This document shows positions 50,661 through 63,678 of a stretch of DNA of 64,000 nt, piece after piece (the first letter of the stretch is position 1; the number at the start of each line of letters is the position of its first letter). The stretch lies in the NCBI RefSeq assembly GCF_006345805.1, contig NC_042997.1:30194001-30258000 (forward strand), read 5' to 3'. The translations under genes and the position numbers were made by a program. The notes under the pieces are model-generated. The model did no database searches. It was not told where the DNA came from and saw only the letters and a list, made by a program, of their open reading frames with translations. The stretch comes from Octopus sinensis (Eukaryota).

Positions 50661-50788
50661 AAAAAATATCTGACGCCTTGAAGAACAGAAGATGTAGCGC
50701 AGATGTAGGAGAGATATTGCAAAACTCATATAGCTGGAAAAATAAATTAATGAAAGGCAAAGGCATTACAAAAGACCATAAAAGGAGT
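50661..50788 (+). repeat. Second, truncated copy of the 48856 relic
   Basis: ATCTGACGCCTTGAAGAACAGAAGAT...GACCATAAAAGGAGT direct repeat. Confidence 0.75.
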
Positions 50789-50789
50789 C

Positions 50790-51438
50790 ATGTCAAGGCA
50801 TTTCAAAAACAGTCCTGATATATTCTGTTACGCTTGTGGATCATTTCACTTGAGTATCGTGTCATCGCAAGTGAAATAAAGAGGATCCGCAATAGATGCA
50901 GATTTCGTACTCGAAAATGAAGAGGAACGACAGAAATGTCTTCAAGGAGAGTTGAATAATTTGGTTAGAGACTTGGCACTGTCGAAAGATAAAGCTGAAC
51001 TTTTAGTATCTCGTCTAAAATAAAGGTGCATAAGAAGACGTTTGTAGTATTCATTTCAGAAAGAGGAATAGGAATCTAGCTTTTTACTTCTCTGTAGACG
51101 AGGCACTATGTTTCTGTAATAACATTGATTAGTTTGCTCTTTGTCTGAGAATATTGGAATAGCGCATATACATTGGAATAGCGCATATACATTGATCTAT
51201 CTAAGAGAAGTCTTAAGGCAGTACTACAACTCAACAGTAATAACAAATCATCCATTTCTTATAGGACATTCAATGCACATGAACGAGTATTATGAAAACA
51301 TACAGGTATTCCTTGATGCTTTAAAGTACACAAGCTACAGCTGTAAAATATATAGAGACTTGAAGGTGATTGGAATACTGATGGGAATGTAATCAGGATT
51401 GACGAAATACTGTTGCTTTTTATGCCCATGGAACAGTC
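50790..51438 (+). mobile_element. Chapaev3-like (CMC) transposase relic with internal deletions
   Basis: MSRHFKNSPDIFCYACG; QGELNNLVRDLALSKDKAELLVSRLK; IDLSKRSLKAVL; HSMHMNEYYENI; RDLKVIGILMGM*SGLTKYCCFLCPWNS. Confidence 0.7.
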
Positions 51439-51444
51439 ATCATA

Positions 51445-51488
<44 letters not shown>

Positions 51489-51789
51489 TTTCATCATCAT
51501 CAAAATGCTATGTTCAAATCGCGCTAAAGTCAGCTTTGCCATTTAATCTTTCAAGTGAAGCGAATTGAGTAGGTACCAGTTATACAACAGTATCTAACAA
51601 ACAGTGTATTTATATTTGGACTAACAGACCATGTATGCCTCTTTCGTGTAATGCATGCATTGGGCAAACATTGTAAGAACAGGCATTGTCATACACAGAC
51701 ATCGTGTTGTTGATGCTGCACAGCGTGGTTTATGCTCTTCTTAATAATGATGAGGATGATGCTGATCTTGACGGTGTGTAGCGTTAGCA

Positions 51790-51955
51790 GGTGGCCATCG
51801 CGATAATGATAATGATGACGACAACGACGACGACGACGATGACGGTGGTGGTGGTGGTGATGGCGGCGGCGGTGGTGTTGGTGGTGGTGGTGGTGGTGGT
51901 ATTATGTGTGTAGGTGGTGATGGCTGCGGTTGTTGTGTAGATGATAATGATACGA
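51790..51955. repeat. Compound trinucleotide repeat (GAT/GAC/GGT/GGC)
   Basis: Direct reading. Confidence 0.85.
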
Positions 51956-52702
51956 TTTGTGATTTTTTTTCACGAACGGTTATGATAACCCGGAGACCAT
52001 CCGACAACTATACGCCCATTTACGCCATCATAGACAAACATTGCATATGATAATCATATAGGCACCCTTTGTGTGTTTGTTCCGGAGCGATAGTGCTCGA
52101 CCCGAGGCACCTCGAAGCCTTCTTAAAGAGAAGAGTTACATAATTGTTTATAATAACGAAGCCATTAATATTCCTTTGAAGATTAGAATTATTAGGTTAG
52201 ATCTTATTAAGAAAGAAGATATATGAATGATTTATATTTATGATACATTTATGAGTTTAAGGGCCGGGCATGTATTTTAACATTAAGTCCTCAGTGGTGA
52301 GTAAGAAGATGAGAAAGAGGAATAGAAACGAATTGGATAACGACAGAGTGGATGAGAGAGAGGAGGAAAGAAAGAGAGAATGAGTTATGAATATGAAATA
52401 AGCGAAGTGAGTAAGTCTTATGAAAAATTTAGACAAGTCTTCTCGTAAAACCTATTTTAAAATCACATTTCCCAACTTGCAATTTAAGATTTTAAAGAAG
52501 AACATGCATTTTAAGTCACTTTGTGAGAGAAAAAAAGCTCTGTAAAACAAAATATTTTTAGTTGGTTTTGTTTGTAGGTTAAAAACCTAAGGAAAATGTT
52601 TTTAAAGGTATAGAAATAAAATTAATTTTCTTTTGTAGCCAAAAGAAACTGGATAATTTGTTTAAACTTAATCCGAAAGTGTCACAAAACTCTATATATT
52701 TA

Positions 52703-52813
<111 letters not shown>

Positions 52814-53170
52814 ATATATTTATTTATTTATATATATATATTTATTTATATATATATTATATATATATATTATATATATATATATATACATGCTGCGTCA
52901 GAAATATTTTTTCACTTTTTAAATAATCTATTTTAGCAGTTTTCTTTTTTAAGGCGGTACGATGAAATAGTAACTAGTATCGTTTAACATGCTGTCGTTT
53001 CATGCCTTACCATTAATCAAAGATAAACAACTCTCTGTGGAATATTTAAGGATTTAACTTTGGTCTATTTAAAGACTTGCCAGTCATAAATGCTGCACTG
53101 AATCTGTAATAAAGACATTTAAGAATGAAATCATCCTGAACACACACTTACACACACACACACACACATA

Positions 53171-53226
<56 letters not shown>

Positions 53227-53469
53227 GTACATATACACACACATATATATAAATATATATAATATATATGCATATGTATGTTTGTATGTATGTATGTATG
53301 TATGTTTATGAGAGTATTGAGGATGATTTTTTTACTGAAATATTTTTTGTTACAGATTCAGTTTATGACTGGATATCAATCATTCACTTCTTTAGCAGTC
53401 AATAATCTTAGAGACCAGTGGCATGTCTCTAAATAGATCAAAGATAAATCGGTAGCCACTACACACATA

Positions 53470-53626
53470 TTTTCTCTCCTTGTTTGTTTCTGTGTTCCTT
53501 TCTGTGGAAGAGCGTAGGCTCGAAACGTAAAAGACTTTTTCAATTCCCGAGCGTTATACTAATACATCTGTTTGTTTTCTACACCACCTGTCTTCGTCTT
53601 TTGATTTTTTTCGTGAATTCTCCCTA
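53470..53626 (+). mobile_element. PLE-type pLTR fragment, family H2
   Basis: Contains a hammerhead-like motif; ends in (TA)n. Confidence 0.5.
53498..53533 (+). ncRNA. Minimal hammerhead-like motif (A6 substituted)
   Basis: CTTT-CTGTGGA-A-GAGC-GTAG-GCTC-GAAA-C-GTA-AAAG. Confidence 0.45.
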
Positions 53627-53758
53627 TATATATATATATATATATATAGTATACATGAAAGACAAGGTATATATAATGTTTATTATATATTTTTCCTTTA
53701 TTTGAGTAAATTTGGCCTACAGCTGTTTGCAGAAGTTATTACAGGTTCGTGGCTGATA

Positions 53759-54168
53759 TACTCTTACTCTTTACTCTTTTACTTGTTTCAATCATTTGAC
53801 TGCGGCCACGCTGGAGCACCGCCTTTAATCGAGCAACTCGACCCCGGGACTTATTCTTTTGTAAGCCCAGTACTTATTCTATCGGTCTCTTTCGCCGAAC
53901 CGCTAGCTAACGGGGACATAAACACACCAGCATCGGTTGTCATGCAATGCTAGGGGGACAAACACAGATACACAAACACACACACGCATATATATACATA
54001 TATACGACGGGCTTCTTTCAGTTTCCGTCTACCAAATCCACTCACAAGGCTTTGGTCGGCCCGAAGCTATAGTAGAAGACACTTGCCCAAGGTGCCACGC
54101 AGTGGGACTGAACCTGGGACCATGTGGTTGGTAAACAAGCTACTTAACACACAGCCACTCCTGCGCCT
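53759..54168 (-). mobile_element. SINE family A, full length
   Basis: Same sequence family as 8571-9035. Confidence 0.9.
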
Positions 54169-55516
54169 ATGTGTACTTAACTTGTTTATTGATCAGTTGA
54201 TTAATAGAAGAATGTTGTTGACAGTGACTTCGAAGCTTCGGCCAGTCAAGCCATCGTATGCAGTCCGACGATTGTCTAACTGGCCAAGTCCACTGTGAGC
54301 AACAATCTTGATCAAAAATAAAGATTATACCATTAATTTAATTTAAGATTATTTTATTATAACCGAACATGAAAAAAACACTAATATATGTGTGTGTATG
54401 TGTGTGTGTATATATATATATATTGTGTAATTAGCTAAAAAAAAAAAAAGAAATAGATGAGAATGACAAGTTTTAACAAAGGTTGTTATTAGTCTCGAGC
54501 TTAAGAGGAAGAGAAAGAAGCTTTGACGTTATGGAGATTGCTACGGAGAAGTACAGCTCATGACCTGACCTTAGAAGGAGCGACGTAGTCCTGTAGAGAT
54601 AGATAGTAACTATTTTCAAAAAAAAGTTTCCATACGGGTTACTTGAAGAGAATTAAGTTCTACTAGACTGATCTTGCCATAGATACACAAGATGAAGACG
54701 CAAACTTATACTAGTGTTATATTAATAATGTCGAACATACTTCAATTTCAGTTTATTTAAAGAATATGAAATGGCGCCACACCAGAGCTGGAAACAATAT
54801 CTATTCATATAAAATCTTGTAAAAATATAATAATTTTAATCAAGAAACTATTATTTGTTTTACGATAAGTAGTCATTCCTTTAAGCATTTTTCTTAATCA
54901 ACCTAGTGGATTGATGAATTTTTTCCAAGTTGATTTATTTTGCCATAGAATTTCTGAAGAACAAAGAAGTTACTTTCCTTTTAATTTTCCTTTAATTTAT
55001 TTTTGTGTATGAGATAGTGTTTTAGACATGCAATCGGCAAGTCTCAGGTTAAAGTTATTTTATACTATATTAAACTGTTTTTACTATATTCGCTCAGTTG
55101 CCGCTTGTATTACCTTCTGATGCTGAGAAATTGTTTTTTCTCTTCATTTTCTATAACAGCAACAGTAACACAAACAATAACCAACAGCTGAAAAAACACT
55201 AATGATCATAATTATGTCAAACAATGAAGTTACTGCTACTGCCTCTGCGTCTGATGTTAAAGGTAGTGATGATGGTGGTGGTTAAGGCGTTTGTTAATCA
55301 GAAACTTTAGAATGTTGGACAAAATGCCTTTCTTTTGGAGTTCATATCATCTCTGCTATTCATTTTTCTGGGGTCGATAGAATAGTACCAACTGAGTAAT
55401 CGGATCAATGTAATCGATTATCTCTTCCCCTGAACTTCAGGTTTTGTATCTATATCAGAAATGATGATGATGATGATCATGATGATGACGACGACGACGA
55501 CAACGACGACGACGAC

Positions 55517-55566
<50 letters not shown>

Positions 55567-55769
55567 CATTTTACTAGCCACAGAGGAATAGACGAGGGAA
55601 TAATTATTATTACTATCATTATTTCATACACGCACAACAGATTAGACTGTTGGATTCAAATTCCGCCGAGGTCGACTTTACCCTGAATCCTTTCGGGGTT
55701 GATAAATTAAGTCGATCTAAATTTCGGGTCTTCTACCTTGGGTAGAAAAAATTAGACTGCTGGAAAAAA

Positions 55770-56990
55770 AATTCATAACATCAGGCTACAACTCGTAACC
55801 TTAGATATCAAGAACCTTCCTAAGTATTCTAGCTGTCCCTAATAACACTGTTTTCTGAAGCTGCACTAACCTAGGTTTTATGGCTATTTACTCTATCCAT
55901 CTGTTCAAATCTTTAGGGATAGTTCCCAATGCACCTATAACTACAGGGACACATTTTACCTGCACTTTCCTTAGTCTCTATAACTCTGTGGCTATGTCCT
56001 GGTACCTTGTTATTTTCTCTATATCGCTCATAGTAACTTTCTCATCATTTGGGACTGAAAAGGCAATTACCTGGCATGTTCTGTTCTCTTTCTATACTAC
56101 TACTAGATCAGACCTACTAGCTTCTATTACTCGGTCAGTTTGAATGTTAAAATCAAGCAACATCTTATATTTCTAACTTTCTAACACTTTACTAGGTTCA
56201 TGTTCATACAATGCAAAGCCTTCTAAATCTACCATTCAAAGCCTTCTCTTGCCAATTAGATAATCTTCCTTCTTTTTTCTGGTTTTGAACTTTATTTGAC
56301 TTTTTGGTTACCCTATCTCCTACTGATACTCTAGCAGCACTCAATAAAATGTCCTTACTATTACCTACATACGAGGCTATATCTGCTCTAATTTAACAGT
56401 CTTCTACTGATATTAAACTTCTAACACCTTCCTTTCTAGGTAAATATAGTCTTTCTACTCTTGCTCTTGGATAAAGTTCTCCATTCATATTGCATTCCTT
56501 CCTAGTTCTTCTGTCTAGATTTGCTAATTCAGATTTTCTCCAATTTACAAAAGCTGCTGAATATCTAAGTAGTGATACAGCCCAAGTATTTATTTACAGC
56601 CTTCACTAGATTCGGGCCATTTACTTTCGACTTCATTATATTCCTCATCCTTCTGATGTACTCTTTCTCAACTTACGCATTTCTTTCTATAGTACTCTGT
56701 CAGATTCTAATACTCCTAAGTACTTATAACTTTTTCCTTTGTTCAGTAATTTCAATGTCTGGCCATCTGGTAACTGAATGCCTTCACTGCTGACTATCTG
56801 TCCCTTTTTTTTGTGACTGAGATTGGGCACTTAGCTATGAAAAATTCTATACCTATATCTCGGAAGAGTCTTAGTTTGTATTAAGATATCTATCTCTTCC
56901 TTATTTTTATTAAAATGTTTCAAATTGTCCATGTAGAGAAAATGGTTAATTTCAAAATCTCATAATCCCAGCTATTCCCAGCCTAGCAGG
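55770..56990 (-). mobile_element. Decayed Dong-like LINE (family W): RT end + RLE, zinc knuckle deleted
   Basis: FYMDNLK (YMDD), ERLYLPRKEGVRSL, WQEKALNGRF joined to YEHEP..DFNIQTDRVIEA..VPVVIGALGTIPK..KTVLLGTARILRKVL. Confidence 0.8.
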
Positions 56991-57002
56991 TTTTGGGGCT
57001 TG

Positions 57003-58329
57003 CTCTGCTCTCATGTCAATCCCGATTTCTCTGACATATTTCTCGAACTTGGTTGTTAGTGCTCCCAGGACCCCTACAACTACTGGAATGACAGACACTC
57101 TCATCATAGTCCACATTCATGCAATTTCGTCTTTTAGTAGCCTGCGTTTCCATGCTCTGTACTAGCCGTACTTTTCCCATCATCTCCAGTGGACGAACTT
57201 AGCCACATTATCGTGCCTCCTTTTGTAATGCTTTTGGGTCAGCTTGCTACACTCACTCACAAGATGTGAGATTGTTTCGTTTCTGATGCCATACATCCTA
57301 CAAAGGGGTAATTCGTTACTCTTATCTATTTGGAACTTGGTGTGATTATTTCTCAGAGCTTGTTCTTGAGTGCTGCATATCAATGCCTCTGTGCATCCTT
57401 TAAGATCACTTCTTAGCCATCTCCAAGTATTGATCTTGTCTTTTCCTTCGATTTTTCTGAGGTATTGCCTATGCAATGATTTCATTTTCCAATTCTTTAC
57501 TCTTTCTTTTTCATCTTGTTTCTTAAATGTTTCTGGGTGCATCACAGACGACACCACTTAGCCTCTTTGTACTATAAGCATACCACACTTTTTAATCCCA
57601 AATTCCATTCCGACATCCTAACTGAATATCTGCATTGTCGAAAGCTGGCCATTTACTTCACGTTCGGTCTTCTCCAAAGATCTTTAAGTCATCCATATAT
57701 AACAGATGATTTAATTTTCCTCCAATTTTCAAGGTATACTCCTATGTCACTTTCTGTACTATCTATGTGAGAGGTATCATGCACATCACAAACAGCAATG
57801 GCGATAGGCTATCATCTGGAAATATGCCTTTCTTGATGTTAACTCTCGCCAAAAAGTTTCACATAAAGTTAACTGTGCATTCCAGTTTTTCATTGCTCTT
57901 CTAACAAAATTTTATATGTTATCAGACACCCGTACCAGCTCAAGACTTTCTAAAATCCTAGAATGGGCGACCGTGTCATGCGTTTTCTTATAATCAAACC
58001 ACGCCATACCCAGATTAGTAAGCCTTTTCTTGCAGTCGTTCCGTACCATTCTATCAGAAGTTTGTTATTTTGTCCCTCGGCTTTTCTTTCTGCATCCTTT
58101 CTGTTTCACTGGAAGTTTGTCATTGATTTCCAGGACGTTATACACATTATTAGATATTATTCCTGTCATCAGTTTCCACATAAAAGGACAGACTGGTGAT
58201 AAGCCGGTAATTATCCACTGCATTGCCTTCACGGAATCTTTTTGGCAAAGAATTGTTTTACCAATGATCAATCACTTAGGCATTTGCACCCCGTTCTCGA
58301 TTATTTTATCTATTTGTGTAGCTATTCTG
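57003..58329 (-). mobile_element. Decayed Dong-like LINE (family V): RT, knuckle, truncated RLE
   Basis: GKTILCQKD, QKGCRKKSRGTK, MAWFDYKK.HD.V.H, WRWLRSDLKGCTEALIC..QEQALR, CRMYGIRNETISHLVSEC, RRHDNVAKFVHW. Confidence 0.85.
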
Positions 58330-58340
58330 TATTATTATTA

Positions 58341-58867
58341 TTCAGCGGTCTTACTTTTATCACTTGCTTTCGCGGCACTACCGAGCACAGCCCTGTGTGC
58401 ATTGGGCATGTGCTGTGGTTTGTTGTGATGCCCTTATTTTTACTGTATTGAAAGTGCTTTACGTAGGATGTGTGCGGTACCTAATAGTGCTATTTTCTAT
58501 ATGTTATATATACTTGTTAGTCCTAGCGTTTTTGTTATGTATTTGTCTGGATATTTTTATCATACCTAATGTGCCTACTATGATAAGAATTGTTTCTGTT
58601 TTTAGACTCCACATTCAAGTTACGTCTATTTCCAGATCTTTGCATCGTGAAAGTTTCTCCATCTCTTTTAGAGAAACATTGTTATAAGTTGGTATTGAAA
58701 CATCGATTAGAAAGTACATTTTTGTCTTGGTGATCTCTGACACTATATCCAGCTTATTGCCATTAATTTCTCTATCTGTATGTATTGGCATATCCTAGAG
58801 TATGGTTGCTTTCTCATTTTTTGTGACCTTTTCTGGCGTGTGCCTATACCATCTTTTTTCTGTTGTT
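58341..58867 (-). mobile_element. Dong-like LINE family Y variant, 3' fragment
   Basis: RLE C-terminus and 3' UTR related to 46462-46994; (ATT)n/(GTT)n flanks. Confidence 0.85.
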
Positions 58868-58870
58868 TTA

Positions 58871-58905
<35 letters not shown>

Positions 58906-58952
58906 GCTGTTGTTGTTGTTGCTGTTGCTGTTGTTGTTGTTGCTGTTGCTGC

Positions 58953-59004
<52 letters not shown>

Positions 59005-59601
59005 AGATAGGCGGGGTGCTGGCTGAATTGTTAGCAAGCCGGACAAAATGATTAGCTGCATTTCCCGCGCGCGCGCATGAAGGTATACTACACACAAACA
59101 CATACGCGCACGCGTTACTATAGAAAGGATGTGGAGATAGAGAAGGAGAGAGGTGTAGAGAGATAAGTATGTGTACATACTATCATATAGATGGGTGGAA
59201 CAGTCAACAATCTTAAAAAAATAACATGATATATATAATATATATTTCTATATGCTACAAATACTTTTTTCTTTGAGACGCCAGAACGTGCGTAAAAAAT
59301 ATTTTAATAGAATGTAAACAAGAATACCCTTAAAAAACAAGCGTGAATATTTCCACACTATATATGACATACGAAGCAGAAACCAATATCAAATGATATT
59401 TTTAAGTAATTTGATATCTTATATGTAATATAGTGGGTAGTTGACTATACCATGGATACAGATGAAACAATTGTCTATGTGTGAATTACAACAAGGGGCT
59501 GTGGTCTTCCAAGTAAAAATAGCCATGAAAATATAGAATTAGACCATTGATATTACCAGGCATCCCGTTTATCTATACATACAGTCAATGCTGACCTATT
59601 T

Positions 59602-59653
<52 letters not shown>

Positions 59654-59714
59654 GCACACATACATACATATATTCAAACACACACACAATTATATGTATG
59701 TATATATATATATG

Positions 59715-59762
<48 letters not shown>

Positions 59763-59896
59763 ATACTTGTATATATATGCATACATATACCACTCGCCTA
59801 CAAACACATGCATATACATGTTATTATGTATATATATATATTATATATATATATATTATATATATATATATATATAATAGATATATGTATGTATGT

Positions 59897-59967
<71 letters not shown>

Positions 59968-60318
59968 TATACATGCATACATACATACGCGGGTATATAT
60001 CAGCTGAAAACATACACGCACAACCATATTTATGTATTCATAAGGCCCGGAAATTCGGTGCGCCAGTAAATACTGAGGGCTGTTGTGTTTATGGTATACA
60101 ATGATGATTATGATGATGCCATTTATGGAAATGGTGTCAACCGTATTATTTCTTGTTCTAGTTGTGTTAGTTGCAGTAGCAATAACAATAATGATAATAA
60201 TAATAATAACAATAATAACAACAACAATAATAATAATAATAATAATGATGCTGATGATGATGACGACAACAACAAGAATAACAACAACAACAAGAATAAC
60301 AACAACAATAATAATAAC

Positions 60319-60361
<43 letters not shown>

Positions 60362-60363
60362 TA

Positions 60364-60933
60364 CATTGGAACCTACATACATTGGAAGCTATGCCAACAT
60401 TATGGAATAACAACAGAAAAAAGATGGTATAGGCACACACCAGAAAAAAGGTCACAGAAAACGAGAAAGCAACCATACTCTGGGATATGCCGATACACAC
60501 AGATAGAGAAATTAAGGCCAACAGACCAGATATAGTTGTCAGAGATCATGAAGAAAAAAAATGCTTTCTAATTGATGTATCAATACCGGCTGATGACAAC
60601 GTGTCTCTAAAAGAAATGGAGAAACTCTCAAAATACAAAGACCTGGAAATAGAGGTAACTAGAATGTGGAATCTGAAAACAGAAACAATTCCTATCATAG
60701 TAGGTGCATTAGGCATGATAAAAAAATTTCAGACAAATACATAACAAAAACACCAGGACTTACAAACACATATAACATACAGAAAATTGCACTACTAGGC
60801 ACTGCACACATCCTACGCAGAACACTTTCCATACAATAACCATCAGTGCATCACAACAAATCACAGCACATACCTAAGGCACACAGAGCTGCGCTCGGTA
60901 GTGAAGTGAAAGCACGCTATAAAAATAAAACTA

Positions 60934-60938
<5 letters not shown>
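60364..60938 (+). mobile_element. Dong-like LINE family Y, 3' fragment
   Basis: GTYIHWKLCQHYGITTEKRWYRHTPEK...KYKDLEIEVTRMW; 3' UTR then (AAT)n. Confidence 0.9.
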
Positions 60939-60983
<45 letters not shown>

Positions 60984-61001
60984 CAACAACAATAATAATA
61001 A

Positions 61002-61610
61002 CCTCAGTCTGATATCAGAATGGTGTTCGGACTGAGAAAGTGTGGTGTGTTAGTGTTGCAGGGAGGCAAAAATCAAATGTATGGACAGTCTAAACGATAC
61101 CATCGGGGGAGGTTATGAAGCAGATAGAAGAGCCTGGCTATAAGTACTTGATGATTTTGGAAATGGATAAATTAATGGAGAAAGAAATGACAGAAAAATT
61201 TAAGGTGGAGTACTTATGCAGACTGAGACTGATTCTTAAGTCGAAATTCAACGGACGGAATACGATCGAAGCTATCAACATCTAGGCGCTTTAACTCCTT
61301 AGATATAGAGCAGGGGTAATCGCATGGATAGTAGACGAACTAAACAGCTTAGACAGAAAGACAAGGAAGTTTCTAACTAGATATGGGTCACTCCACACAA
61401 AAAGTGACGCAGACAGACTGTATGTACCAAAAAAAAAGAGGGGGAAGAGGACTTATTGGATGCGAACACAGCAGTAGAGCAGAAGAAAACAACGTAGCAT
61501 GGTATTTAAAACATGCCACAGAATCGCTAATATTAGAAGTAGGAAGGTCAGGCTTGTGTAGGATGAAAGATTGCAAAGATAAAGTACTATACAAGAAATT
61601 GAAAACGTTG
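61002..61610 (+). mobile_element. Dong-like RT fragment (family Z), 3'-truncated
   Basis: SDIRMVFGLRKCGVL, GYKYL, EYLCRLRLILKSK, DRKTRK, KSDADRLYVP, GGRGLIGCE; starts right after (AAT)n. Confidence 0.8.
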
Positions 61611-63634
61611 ATATTTTTTATCATATCTAATGCGCCCACTATGATAGGAATTATTTCTGTTTTTAGTCTCCACATTCGAGTTACCTCTATTTCCTGGTTT
61701 TTGTATTGTGAAAATTTCTCCATTTCTTTCAGAGAAACATTGTCCTCTGTTGGTGCTGATACATCAATTATAAAGCATTATTTTTTCTTCAGGATCTCTG
61801 ACAACTATATCTGGCCTATTGACCATAATTTCTCTATCAGTATGTATTGCCATATCCGATAGTATTGTTGCTTTCTCGTTTTCTGTGACCTTTTCTGGTG
61901 TGTGTTTATACCATCTTTTTTCTGTTGTTATTCCATAGTGTTGGCATAGCTTCCAGTGTATGTAGGTCCCAACTCTGTTGTGTCTGTGAGTATAATCCTT
62001 CTTAGACAGAAACAATGTGATTTTTTTTCTTATCAATCTCCACATATTTTGCAGTTACTTGTTTCTTTTCATTATATGTTTTTTGTAATTTCTGGTAGGG
62101 AGGCTTTGGTCTTGTGCTGCAATTAAAAATCCCCCCGTCTCTGCTTTGAGTCCTGAGCTTCTCAGCCATTGTTGGGATTTTGCTTTGTCTATTTCTTTTG
62201 CGTTTAGTTTAGCCCAGTATTTGTCATGGAGGAGCTTTTCTTATCATTGTTTTATCATGATCCGTTGCTGCTCTTGTTTTAGTTTGGATTTCATTTGTTT
62301 TACAGCTTTCGTTGCTTCTTCTTCTTCTTCATAGTTGTTAGATAGTATGACTGCTTGTTTTTATTTATCAGCTTCCTTAAGGCCTGAAAACAGTTTTTTG
62401 TTTTGTTCGTGTTTTGTGTCTATTTTGAAGTAGGTATTTTTGCAGTCCTATCGTGGCATTTTGTAATAGTTTTCTACCTGTATAAGGCCTCTACCACCTT
62501 CTATACGTTATATATATAACCTTTCTGTGTCAGAATTTTTATGGTGCATCCTAGATCCTGTCATTATTTTTCTTGTTTTCCTGTCTATTTTGGTTAGTTC
62601 TTTTAGTGTCCAGTTAAGGATATTGTAGCTGTAACTTACAACTGAGACGGCTAGATTGTTGATACCAATTATTTTGTTTTTTGCATTGAGCTCTGTTTTC
62701 AGTATTAATCTAACTCGTCTATAGTATTCTTTTTTAATTTTCTCTTTCATTTGTGTGTGTTGTATCGTATCTAGTTCATTGATTCTTAAATATTTGTATG
62801 TCTGGTTTTGGTCTAATTCTCTTATTTCATTTGCTTTATCTAATGTGATGTTACTACTCTTAACTAGTTTTCCTCTTTTCAAAGTTGCTTTGGCACATTT
62901 TTCTAAGCTAAATTTCATGTTTATTTCTTTGGTAAATCCATGTACTGTCTGTAGTAATGTTTACAGCTGTTTATCATTTATAGCGTACAGTGTTAGGTCA
63001 TCAATATATGAGAGGTGGCTGATTGTTTTGCCATAACAGTTGTATCCGCATCCAGTTTTGTTTAGCATGTTAGATAAAGGTGTCAGTGCCAAGCAGAAAA
63101 GAAGCGGAGCGAGCGTGTCTCCTTGGAATATTCCTCTTCTAACGGGGATGGCTTTGGTTTTTATGGGTTTCTCTTGTTTGCTGTAGCACTGTCTTATGTA
63201 TTTTATGATTATTGGTACTGCCTTGTTCATGGCTAGTGTTTCTAGGATCCATGTGTGGGGAATACTATCAAAAGCCTTTCGGTAGTCGATCCAGGCCATA
63301 CTTAGGCCTTTCTTCTTTTTGCGGGTGTCTTCAGTTATGGCTTTATTGATCATTAGTTGACCTTTACAGCTGTATGAGCCCTTGCAGCATCCCTTCTGTT
63401 CTTCTGGAAAGAGTTTGTTTTTTTCCAGATGCTTGCTCAATCTCTGCGATATTATTGCAGTAAAGGCTTTGTAAATTGTAGGGAGACAAGTTATTGGTCT
63501 GTATGTTTGTGGGTTTGCCGTTTCAGTGGATTTGGGAATTAGGATAGTTTTCCCTTTCGTGAGCCATTCAGGCATTGTCTCTGGCTCTACTAGTATGCCA
63601 TTAGAATTTTCAACCAGCTTTTTGTGTGTTTCTG

Positions 63635-63636
<2 letters not shown>
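61611..63636 (-). mobile_element. Dong-like LINE family Y, long RT-to-RLE fragment, 3' end missing
   Basis: PEWLTKGKTILIPK, YRPITCLP, WIDYRKAFDSIPH, GIFQGDTLAPLLFCL, YIDDL, MKFSLEKCA, RHNRVGTYIHW; frameshifts; 5' end at (ATT)n 63637-63672. Confidence 0.92.

Positions 63637-63672
<36 letters not shown>

Positions 63673-63678
<6 letters not shown>

Noticed and set aside
51741-52007. Pro/Ser-rich ORF on the minus strand
   Set aside because: Product of a compound GGT/GAC/GAT trinucleotide repeat.
59352-59435. Imperfect AT-rich foldback
   Set aside because: Short, gapped arms in very AT-rich DNA; expected by chance or from an old decayed MITE.
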